Positions 24,809 through 55,477 of a stretch of DNA of 64,000 nt are shown here, piece after piece. The position numbers and the translations under genes are program-made. The notes below the pieces were generated by a model that was not told the DNA's origin, did not search any database, and saw nothing but the letters and a program-made list of their open reading frames with translations. The stretch's first letter is position 1; every line of letters begins with the position of its first letter. This DNA is from Hormiphora californensis (taxonomy: Eukaryota > Animalia > Ctenophora): assembly GCA_020137815.1 (NCBI GenBank), contig CM035351.1, positions 3,038,001-3,102,000 of the forward strand, given 5' to 3'.

Positions 24809-25712
24809 GTATGCTCCCGCTTCTCTGTGTACTCCACATACCACTCAGGGAAACAGAGCAGCAGCCCTGGGCGGTGTGTCCCATATAAACCATCTTCTTT
24901 CCGCTCACTACACCTCTCTCACAGTCTAGAGAGAATCGCCCCGCCCGAGGCTAACGCCGAGGATCCGCCCAGCAATGGGATGATGCCCTGCAAAGGGATG
25001 GCGCCCAGAAATGGGATGATGCCCTGCGAAGGGATGATGCCCAGCAATGGGATGCTGCCCAGAAATGGGACGATATCTGACAAATTACTATACTTTATAA
25101 AAGCGCCAGACAATATTCTCTCTCTAATTCAGTACTCTCTATCTCCCCGCAAATCCGAGCTCCCTATAATATCCCCTATTCTCTCATTCTCTCTCTAATT
25201 CAGTGCTCTCTAACTCCCTGCGTATCTCCTTCTTTAAACAGCTGATAATTCTACTTCCACGTCTACAGATCAGTTCACATTGTATGCTCCCGCTTCTCTG
25301 TGTACTCCACATACCACTCAGGGAAACAGAGCAGCAGCCCTGGGCGGTGTGTCCCATATAAACCATCTTCTTTCCGCTCACTACACCTCTCTCACAGTCT
25401 AGAGAGAATCGCCCCGCCCGAGGCTAACGCCGAGGATCCGCCCAGCAATGGGATGATGCCCTGCAAAGGGATGGCGCCCAGAAATGGGATGATGCCCTGC
25501 GAAGGGATGATGCCCAGCAATGGGATGCTGCCCAGAAATGGGACGATATCTGACAAATTACTATACTTTATAAAAGCGCCAGACAATATTCTCTCTCTAA
25601 TTCAGTACTCTCTATCTCCCCGCAAATCCGAGCTCCCTATAATATCCCCTATTCTCTCATTCTCTCTCTAATTCAGTGCTCTCTAACTCCCTGCGTATCT
25701 CCTTCTTTAAAC
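24809..25712. repeat. Near-perfect direct tandem duplication, 473-bp period (possibly LTR/pseudo-LTR-like)
   Basis: 24809-25239 is repeated at 25282-25712 (identical ORF calls at 24827 and 25300); internal gggatg-rich subrepeats and a TATAAAA. Confidence 0.9.
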
Positions 25713-25949
25713 CCCGCCCCGCCGCCCCACCCCGCCCACCCTAATTGAGGAGGTTTTACAAGTACAACTTCAGCGGACAAATCCTTTAGAGTTTAATATA
25801 GAACCAATTAGACCATCGTTTCACATGTCAACTACTGGCAAATCAAATTATGATATCCAGCAAGTATGTACGTAAATGTCACGAGGATCACATTACCGCG
25901 GTGCACTGTAGTAAACCGGTAATAATCTTCAAGAAAATCATGAAAGAAA

Positions 25950-26425
25950 CTGGGGGTCCTTCATGAAACTTTTTCCTTATTGGAATAAGGAAGATTTTCA
26001 ACAAGGAATTTTTCTCAAATATCTGTCACGAACGCTCTTTAGAAAACTAATTATCTTTTTTCCTTACCATTTCCTTACCATTTCATGGCATTTGTCTGTC
26101 ATGAAACTGAAATAAGGAAAAAAACTCACGCACCCCAAATATATCACATGGGTGTTGACAACCAATGATGTTCTAGACACGTGACCGCCATTGCCCTATC
26201 ACAGCTTATGCGAACCCGACACCGTGTCACAGTAGCTGATCAGCGCTGGCAGGCTGGTAGTTGGTATACGATACAATTGGTAAACTCTCTTTCACTCTAT
26301 CTTTCCCTCTTTTCTCTCTATTTTCCTCTCTCTCTCACGCTCCCTCTTGCTTTCTCAATCTCTCTATCAGTTCTCACTCTCTCTATTTTCCTCTCTCTCA
26401 GTCTCTCTTTCCCTCTCTCTCTTTC

Positions 26426-26463
<38 letters not shown>

Positions 26464-26967
26464 ACTCCCTTTCTTTCGCTCCCTATTTCGCTATCTGTTT
26501 CTATCATTCTTTCACATTTTCAATCTCAATTTCTCTGATTTTTGGATTTATAGGAAAGACTAGAGCGCAACGGAGATATCGTGCTGGTGACATGTTGCCA
26601 TCGGTCTCTCCCCTCTACAAAATCTAATTAGTGGCCTTTAAGGAACTTTTTTTGTTCCTTAACTCCAATAAGGACAGCTTTTAGTTGTCCTTAGCTCAGG
26701 GGCATGAATCCTTACAGTTAAGGAAGAAAATCGGGAGTTAAGGAAGAAAATCTTGGGTTAAGGAACGTTTTGGGCAACAAGGAATTACACTCACGCAATT
26801 ATAGTATCGATTACATCCACCTAAGGAACGAAAATAAGGAACTTTCCTTATTGGAAAAAATCTTCCTAAACGCCCAAGTTCATGACAGCCAAGGGGCCTT
26901 AATTAGATTAAAATGTTCCTTAACTCATAAGGAATCTTCCTAAACAGCGTTCATGAAGGACCCCCAG
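25950..26967. mobile_element. Non-autonomous DNA transposon (TIR ctgggggtccttcatgaa)
   Basis: 18-bp terminal inverted repeat, with many subterminal taaggaa/ttcctta motifs; TSD unclear. Confidence 0.7.
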
Positions 26968-27996
26968 TAGAAAAACTAAGGAACTCTAAAACTAAGAACA
27001 TCAAAACTAAGAACTTTTTTGGCTATATTCTTCAAAATAACTTTAACATTAGAAGGATTCATAATGATTGACACTTGGCTATTATCCCCCGAATTACGAG
27101 TCAGGACCAAATAAAACATGCTCTACCACTTAGTGTGGAAATTTTGCGATTGGAAAACAGTTTTTATATGTATTCCAGTTGAAGATATATTGCCACCTTG
27201 ACACCAGAAATAGCAAGTGCTGTCGAAGTTGCAATCTCACCTCAGAAAATTGGGTGCCACATTTGAAGTTTTGACGTTCAAATCTTAGTGTTTACTGATA
27301 TTGCACCGCATCAATGTTTTAGACCTTAGTGATAGTGTTAGCTTTAAAACGAGCCCAAAAAATAGAACAATAAAAAATTTAAAACTCGGCTCTGGCAAGG
27401 GCTTAAAGAAATGGCGTTATTAAGTTTTTCAGTTTTTTCTTAATACTTCTGGCAGCGCTTACCAGACCAAATAGTCATAAATTAACATTTCAAGCACTAG
27501 AAAACCTAGATCAACCATTGCTAAGGTGTATCAATAATAATAGCGATGTTATCATTCGTTATCTTTACAAGCTTCGGTTTGGTACCAACACAACCAGAAC
27601 ACACAAATTAAACAACAATCAAACAAAAATTAACAAACACATACCTAGAAACCAGTACAACAAAAATCAAAAGGAAGGACTGCAATGTGTACAACGACAT
27701 AGTAGCGTGCAATGCAGCGCATCCCAAAGACGACTGCTGCAACCCCCCCCCCCCTCACCTCCCCCGCAGCAGTCGCCTTTCCCCACCAGGGTTATGCCCC
27801 CCATAACCCTTCCCATTTCTAGTCGGCCCCACAAATGGGAACTCCCGCCCCCTCATACCTCACGGCCATCATTAGCGGTGCTGGTATCACTAAGTGATTG
27901 GCCCTGTGCGTAGGGTCCCCAACAGGGGTTCACGCCCATGGCAACCGCTCTTATCAAATCAAATCAAAAAAACCCTACCAACATTGTTACAGAGAC

Positions 27997-30236
27997 ATGG
28001 TCGAAGAAGAAAAAGACAAGCCCCCCTCACACTTCCTAAACCCGACTCTGACACTCTGTCAGTTCTGTGAGATGTGTGGTCCCTCAATATGTTTCACGAC
28101 CCAGTCCGTCCCCCTGCCACCCTCCTCCTGTTGTAACGATGACTCCTACTCAGATCAACTCCTTCCACAATCCAAGGAGGAATGTTGCATGATCATCCCC
28201 CCTGAAATACCCTGTTTTGTTACCCACGAACCCAAAAACCACCGTACTTACGTGAGCACGAACATACCAGCACTTGACCAGAGAGACTATACAGCTGTTA
28301 TAGATGGACTGAACAGAGCGACTAATGCTCTCTGCGAAGCCAGTGATATCATGATGTATTGCAACAGTCGAAACATCCGATCTACGGTTATACACTCGAC
28401 AGTTATCTCAAAAGTTTTTACCCTGGCGGATGTTCAGGCGCGGGGAGGGATCAGAAAGGCCTGGTTACTAATGGTCCTATCAGATCGGTTTACATCACAA
28501 CAAAGTGTCCAATTTCTGCAGGAGCACTTTACTAATATTATCAAACATTTGACGTACCGGGCACGGGAAACAGAGACAGATCAGTGCTCCCGGCCTGCTG
28601 GTCACGGTCCACTTAGATCACTGGGAAAACTGCTTCAGTTTGATAATTTGGGACAGTACTTTCACCAAGAGTAAGTGGGAGGAAGATGGCGGTCAGCTTA
28701 TTCTTATCCCGTACTGTGTACATGATAAGAGTAAGGTACCAAAAAGTTCATCTCCATAATATTTCATCTGCAGCATGCATCCATTATTTCATTGTGAAAT
28801 TAATACATCTCTCATTTTCAGATTTTCCAAGATACTGAACGAGATGGAGAACAAATACTCTCTCCTCTCTGTGGTACCCCCGGGTACAATTCAAAGTCTA
28901 CAATCCTCCACAACCTCCCCTCCCCGGTGCTTGTGCAGGTCCTCTGATACCTCAGACAGGACACTTAGAGAACGGGCTGAGACACTAGTGGATTATACTC
29001 CTCCTTGCTTCACAAAGATTTATCAGGTGATTACTAATAAGCTAATTGGACATTAATTAATTATTCATAGATCGATAGGTTAGTTGTTTGATAACTGCTA
29101 TGCCCGTAAATTTATTTCCCTGCCCGGGTGAATGCCGAAGGCATTCACCCGGATGCCTTTTTACTTTGTAAAAAGGCATAGCAGGGTTAGAATTCGAAAA
29201 CGACATTTTGGTATACTAACTAATCGGTAGAGGGACCATTTTGGTCACACTTTAGTTGCGAGGGGCAACGGTGTAGCAACAAGAGCCGCGCACACAGTTA
29301 CGAGCTGCTCCTTCATAAACCACTTCATTGGCATGTTTTCAGGAAATGTGTGGCGCGCAATGTGGCGGTGTGGCGCGCAATTTAGTGCTACTAAAACACA
29401 AGGATTTGCTCTATACTGTTTGTGTGATATATAAATGATCGGGATTTTGTGCCCCACTTGCTGCTACAGCGGATCTGGTCATGATTTCCTTTCTTCATAG
29501 ATTCACATGGCATTGGCAGGGAAATTCAGCATTATGTTAGAACATAATGCAATTAATCTTGTTTGCTTTTATACCCAATACTATTTATTAATACACCATC
29601 TCCCATTGCCAGATTTCAGAACAACTAAGTGATAAAGATCTCCGTCTACTGCTCCAATGTGTGGTCCAGGGTCACCAGCTGGTAGTCCGGGGACAACACA
29701 AAGTCACCGTTAACTCAGTCCTAACCATCTTTACTACCTTTGTACCAGAACAGTGTGTGAACTTGTCAAACTTTGGCTACCGAACTAGATATGATCAGAT
29801 GTGTAGATTTACCGGTCTGCCCCTCAGCTGCGAGGTACCCCCTGCAAGTACAGTTCTGTGTCTTGACGTTATGTCACCCCTTGAGAAGCCATTTGATACC
29901 AGTAGTTACCAGTTTGAGCTGAGAAAGTTGCCCCGACTGAATGTACTGTTGGAACCCCAGCCGCTCATTGTCAATGAACTGTTCTCGTTCATCAAACTGA
30001 AGATCAGTGAAGAGGCGTATGAGGCCGCACTGGAGGCAGTGAAAATGAGATGGTGCACTAAAGCAACGCAGTACTTTCTCTGCAAGAGTGATAGTTGTGT
30101 GAGTGATGTTAGTGATTTTGAGGGGAAATTGTTTGATATCTTGGGAGTTCACTCAAATGATAAAGAGGTGTTGAAGTACTTCAAAAACAATCTCAAATCT
30201 GAGGAGAGGAAAGCTTTGTTGAAGGAAGTCCAATGA
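27997..30236 (+). CDS. FLCN: Folliculin; exons ~27997-28670, ~28822-29026 and ~29613-30236
   Basis: LCQFCEMCGP (FLCN LCHFCELHGP); FTLADVQARG (arginine-finger ARG motif); LRSLGKL..DNL..FH..FS.IL; DENN-region GHQLVVRG..FVPEQCV..CRFTGLP. Confidence 0.88.
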
Positions 30237-31485
30237 ACTATTTGGGGGTCGGGAAAGTGACTGAGAATTCTGAAACTTTGTCTTTTTTAGACTGAGACCT
30301 GAGTACATCAGCTGCGCGAACAGCTGTATAAACGAAACTAAGAGAATGAGATCATATTTAGTGTGTGTATTTAGTGTGTTATTTGTCTTTGTATTGTATT
30401 TGAAATGTCTCACTTTTTTCTTCTTGAAAAGAAGCCTATTAAAAGTATTATAATCGTTGGTCATATTTTACAAACTGGGACCTAGAAACGTGTTGTGAAG
30501 TGCACGCCTTTGGCCCGGTTCGATGAGGGGCGATGGCAGGCTTTTGTGAGGCAAGATATGGCGTGTTGTTTTTCACTGGAACTTGGCAGTGTGACTACCA
30601 TTTTGTTGTGAGTGTAGCGCGCGAGTAACAAATTGGTGGAAAGTATGCGGTGGGCAGCAGTGCATTAGTAGACCCTCAGCGTGGGAAAATATAAACATTG
30701 CACTGGCCGGGGACGATGACCAAACCGGGAACTGAGAGGATATCGTCAAAATATCCAAACTAGCCTTGCTCGGTCCCCTCTAACCGCAAAATAAGGGTCA
30801 GATCATCAAATTTGAAAGTTATGGTGTAGGAGCTGCCTGCCTAGAGGGGCGTGACGTGCCCAAGAGTAGGAGTAGCTGGATCATGGGCACGTTGCGCCCC
30901 TCATGTTCGCGATCCCCTCATAATCATATCATGGGGCCAAAGCTGGATCGGAACCAGAATATGTTTTGCAGGATCCTGTTTCAGTTTCCTTCTTGACCCT
31001 CTCTCAATATGAATCACATGCACAGTCCCCCCTTGACCCCTCTCATGATCTCCCCGGTTTTACCATGACAACGACACGCAGCCTTGCCCCACCCCTTGTT
31101 GGGGCCGGGGAAGGGGTACACAAAATAAAATGGCAATGTTTTGGTTTCATTGCGAAACAAAATATCAGTTCTCCTCAACAACAAATATTGAGATTTCTCC
31201 CTTTTCTGAACACTATCACACACTGTACAAACATCTGCACACAAAATATATTGCTCTTTTTGGAAAATACTAAAAAACTGTCCTCAATTTTAATTCTCTG
31301 AATTGTTCTGAAAATGGCGTGTTCTCTATCCTTTTTATAGCATTGCTATTACATAGCAGGGAATTCTGATCGAATTCTCATAATCCACGTACCTAAAGAG
31401 GATATTATCTTTGTCAGAAACTTAGAGAGAAACAACAACAGGTTACAAGGGTCAAGTATTGTGAGAAAATTGCGGTTTCTGTTGC

Positions 31486-42497
<11,012 letters not shown>

Positions 42498-42845
42498 GAC
42501 GTTGCACCACTAGTTTCACTGTGTTCCAGCTAGACAACTGAGGGGAGGAGATATGGAGAGATCAGAAAGATATGGAGTGATCAGAAAGAGATATGAAGAG
42601 TATAGAGAGACTCTTGAGAGTTACATGGTGCTGCATGAACTAGAGCCGGTAGACTGAAAACCACAGAATACAACCGCAATAGTACACTTTCATCTATCAT
42701 ATGCACGTACCGTGGGTTATAGCAAGAGCTATAATAAAAAGATATGGTGATATCCTAAATGCTAAAGATGTGGCAGTGATTCAATAGTAGTAGCACAGCA
42801 TTGTACAGATCAAGGTATAGAGAGTGGTTGTAAAAGAGTGGTGCA

Positions 42846-42919
<74 letters not shown>

Positions 42920-43092
42920 CGTCATAAATATGCTTGCTAGAAACTGTAGCATGCATGTGTAGGCCCAGAAGAAAGAAAAAGAGAGAGAATTAAGGTGATC
43001 ATGATCATCAATTGCACTGTATCAATCATGCAGGTCCCTAATTGGAGCTAAAGTAGCTAAAAATAGTACATAGTTCATTAGGGATGGATTAA

Positions 43093-44084
43093 GGCCAGAG
43101 GGGGGGGTCGACGGGTTTTTTGGGGTGTTTTTTGAGGTATACGTTATATGAAAGCGCTGGGAAAGGCGGATCGATTAGAACAGACGTCATCGATGTTGCG
43201 CGCACCGTTTGGCCAAAATTTGGGGGTTAACATTTGGCCTATAATGGATGTTAACCCCTATAAATCAGGATTGGTGGGGTCTAGAACATCCATCATTGTA
43301 CCAAAGGCTTCGTCTTGTCTTGATACAACTTCCTGAAAAGTTTTATGTCGTTACTCCAACTACTTCTTGATTTTTTGGGGGTTTACAAAATATGCGGAAA
43401 AAGCCCTTTTTGCCTCTAATTTTGCTCTTTTTTGGGACATCCTGCCTCACTTCCTGAAATAACGGCTAGGACTCAGACCTTGCCGTTTGGCATAGTTGTT
43501 CTAGAGACCGTGTTCTTCAAATTTGATGTAGCGATTTTTGATTAAGGCCCCCGTTCAAAAATTATAGGGGTTTACATAAAATTTTCATGGACAAAACAAA
43601 TGTTAACCCCTATAATTTTTGAACGGGGGCCTTAATCAAAAATCGCTACATCAAATTTGAAGAACACGGTCTCTAGAACAACTATGCCAAACGGCAAGGT
43701 CTGAGTCCTAGCCGTTATTTCAGGAAGTGAGGCAGGATGTCCCAAAAAAGAGCAAAATTAGAGGCAAAAAGGGCTTTTTCCGCATATTTTGTAAACCCCC
43801 AAAAAATCAAGAAGTAGTTGGAGTAACGACATAAAACTTTTCAGGAAGTTGTATCAAGACAAGACGAAGCCTTTGGTACAATGATGGATGTTCTAGACCC
43901 CACCAATCCTGATTTATAGGGGTTAACATCCATTATAGGCCAAATGTTAACCCCCAAATTTTGGCCAAACGGTGCGCGCAACATCGATGACGTCTGTTCT
44001 AATCGATCCGCCTTTCCCAGCGCTTTCATATAACGTATACCTCAAAAAACACCCCAAAAAACCCGTCGACCCCCCCCTCTGGCC
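43093..44084. mobile_element. ~1-kb near-perfect palindromic non-autonomous transposon with TTAA flanks (Kolobok-like)
   Basis: TTAA|GGCCAGAGGG...CCCTCTGGCC|TTAA; ~480-bp arms (identical mirror ORFs at 43148+ and 43841-) with a ~30-bp spacer. TTAA with purine-starting termini fits Kolobok better than piggyBac. Confidence 0.85.
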
Positions 44085-45838
44085 TTAAAAGTCAAGAGGA
44101 TACGACCAAAATAAGGAGTCCGAACCAGAACGCATATCAAGAAATCATAGATCATCACGACAAAGGTGTCCCAGCGAGGGAGAGATAGAGATAGATCAGA
44201 GAATCCAGAGAGAGATAGAGATAGATCAGAAGATCAATAGCGAAGATAGATCCGGCGAGCTATAGATATCGAGATCTCAGAGCGAGGAGCTCGAGCTAAG
44301 AGAGGATGAAGAGAGTCGAGCGGTCTATTCATAGATTCCTGAAGCGAGAGAGAGAGAGTCAGATAGTGCACGTTGAGCAACTACTAGGACACAACATGTA
44401 CAGTACTTGGACGTTGTATCTACACATGTTGATGTAGCGGCACGGCGGCTTGGTACACGGTTCAGACTTCAGAGGTAGCTCTAGTCGAGGGAGCAGCTTG
44501 AGAGAGAACGGAGGGAGAATGGAGACATGGGACGAGAGAGTGTGTGTGTGACTATATATGAGAAAAGGGAATACCAGCGGAGAAATGAAAGCTATGTTTA
44601 AGTAGCATGCAATCAATTGAATGTCCAGAATGATCAATGTATGAAATTGGAGTATTACCTTCAAAACATCAACTCATATCATTAGCATATCCAGGATGTA
44701 ATAGATCGACAAACAACACACCTAATACGAGCTTCAGAAATAGCTTCTGTGACAACAGCAACGCACTTCTTATCTACTATGGACTTGAAATAGTAAGCTA
44801 TTTTTTACCATTATCAAAACACGACGGAACCACCTAATTACCGAATTTCCAAATCCTTATAACCTTTTTTTTAGAAAAGAAAAAACCGTTAACATGTATC
44901 TCCTCTCTCGCCTCCCCTCTCTCCCAAGCTGCTGCGGCTGGCGGGCCATTATTTTGAGTGTCAAGTTTCTTTTCTTCTAGTTTTCATCTACCCTACCCCT
45001 CTACGAGGGTATGAGGATCTCCTCCCAATATTCAATTTATCACCTTTCGACCTCTCTAATTATAGGACCGGTGGGAGTCTAGCTAATTGGTTTATTGATG
45101 TGGAGAATCGAAACCTAAGAACATTGGACTCAAGACTTGTTGATGTGTAAGATGTTCAGGACTGTAATTTCATTTCCTGTACAATACACATACAAACCAG
45201 AAGTAAGGGGTAAAGTTTCACAATCTCTGTGGGTGCAGTTTGTTCTGCCTTATCAATATACCTATCAGCTACCCCAGTCCAGTCCAAAACCGCAAAGCAC
45301 TTTCTTCTTGGGTATTCTGAATATCGGGGAATCGGGAAAAAAGGAAGAAAAACAAAAAGATGGGTTTTTGTAAAAAGGGGGATAAAAAACTGGGTAGATA
45401 GACTATTCTCTGATGATTGTTTCAAAGGTCATACCATCTGTTTTGTCTCAAACCGGAGTGAATTTATTTGAAATGTAATTACATTTTGGTTCAAGATACA
45501 CACTCAAGTCTCAAACTGTCTTATACCCCTCTGAAAGTCTTTTCCATAAAACACCCCAAATACATAAGAAAATAAAATAAATTTAAACTGTTAATTTTTT
45601 AAAATTTTTTTAAAAAACTCGGAATAAATATTTTATGTAAAAACCAAATTTTTTTCTTTGCTACTCTCTTACTTCTGATTCTGCGGCAAACTTCTGCCCT
45701 ATAAAAAAGCGTAAAACCCCCCTCAAAATTCTCCTAAATTTCCTCCTTCTTTCCCCCTCTATCCCCCATCTCCCCCTTTCCCCTCCCCTTTTCCCCCTAA
45801 CCAACCCCCCAAAGTCTGTCTAAAAACTCCCACTGTGT

Positions 45839-54185
<8,347 letters not shown>

Positions 54186-54627
54186 ATCAAATCCACATCC
54201 CAGGTATCATAACACGATCCCCAACATTTCAGCTATCAAACAAAACTTCGGTTAATTAGGTTTCAAGTTTCAAGTTACAAGTTTCAAGTAATCTTAACCA
54301 GATAAGATTACAAGATTACAAGATTAAAATTATATTTATAATGTCAATAAATTAAATAAATGTAATTATTGACACCCCGCTAATACACTAAACATATTGG
54401 TTCACAAGTATTAAAAATAAATATGTCCAACATGCGGACGTTTCCGCCCGTAGCTACCTCTAGCTGGGTTATCTCGTCTAATTCAAACACTCTTCAATAT
54501 CACATTGTATGTACAAAAAACAGAATCAATAAACTGTCGTGATAACAAGTGATGAGTAGAAGGGATGTTGTAAATAGTTTGTAGAATGAGGAATGAGGAT
54601 GTGCTCGATATGGAGCAGCGCAAGGAA

Positions 54628-55400
54628 AAGGACCCAGGGATCAATGTGGAGGAGGTAGGAGTAAATGACCCAGGGATCGATGAGGAGCAAGGTAGGAGTA
54701 AAGGACCCAGGGATCGATGTGGAGGAGGTAGGAGTAAAGGACCCAGGGATCGATGTGGAGGAGGTAGGAGTAAAGGACCAAGGGATCGATGTGGAGCAGG
54801 TAGGAGTAGAGGACCCAGGGATCGATGTGGAGCAAGGTAGGGAAAGGACCCAGGAATCGATGTGGAGGAGGTAGGAGTAAAGGACCCAGGGATCGATGTG
54901 AAGGAGGTTGGGAAAAGACCCAGGGATCGATGTGGAGCAAGGTAGGGAAAGGACCCAGGAATCGATGTGGAGGAGGTAGGAGTAAAGGACCCAGGGATCG
55001 ATGTGGAGGAGGTAGGAGTAAAGGACCCAGGGATCGATGTGGAGGAGGTAGAAGTAGAGGACCCAGGGATCGATGTGGAGCAAGGTAGGGAAAGGACCCA
55101 GGAATCGATGTGGAGGAGGTAGGAGTAAAGGACCCAGGGATCGATGTGAAGGAGGTTGGGAAAAGACCCAGGGATCGATGTGGAGCAAGGTAGGGAAAGG
55201 ACCCAGGAATCGATGTGGAGAGGGTAGGAGTAAAGGACCCAGGGATCGATGTGGAGGAGGTAGGAGTAGAGGACCCAGGGATCGATGTGGAGGAGGTAGG
55301 AGTAAAGGACCCAGGGATCGATGTGGAGGAGGTAGGAGTAGAGGACCCAGGTATCGATGTGAAGGAATACACGAGAAAAAGGGAGCCCAGGAATCAGGAA
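54628..55400. repeat. ~29-33 bp minisatellite (ggacccagggatcgatgtggagg..) in the LINE 3' UTR
   Basis: More than 20 units, with higher-order alternation of variants. Confidence 0.95.
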
Positions 55401-55477
55401 TAGGAGTTGGAGACAGTAGTTACTCAGGAATCCATGTGGATGTACCAAATGTAGGGAAGTGAGGATTATTTTGCCGA

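Noticed and set aside
24827-25671. Duplicated 123-aa ORF
   Set aside because: Non-ATG start, low complexity, and lies within the tandem duplication.
43148-44029. Identical 62-aa ORFs on opposite strands (also 37042-37982)
   Set aside because: A consequence of the palindromic transposon arms.
44140-44360. Odd GA-rich scrambled sequence
   Set aside because: Looks like a noisy consensus of a (GA)n tract, not a biological motif.
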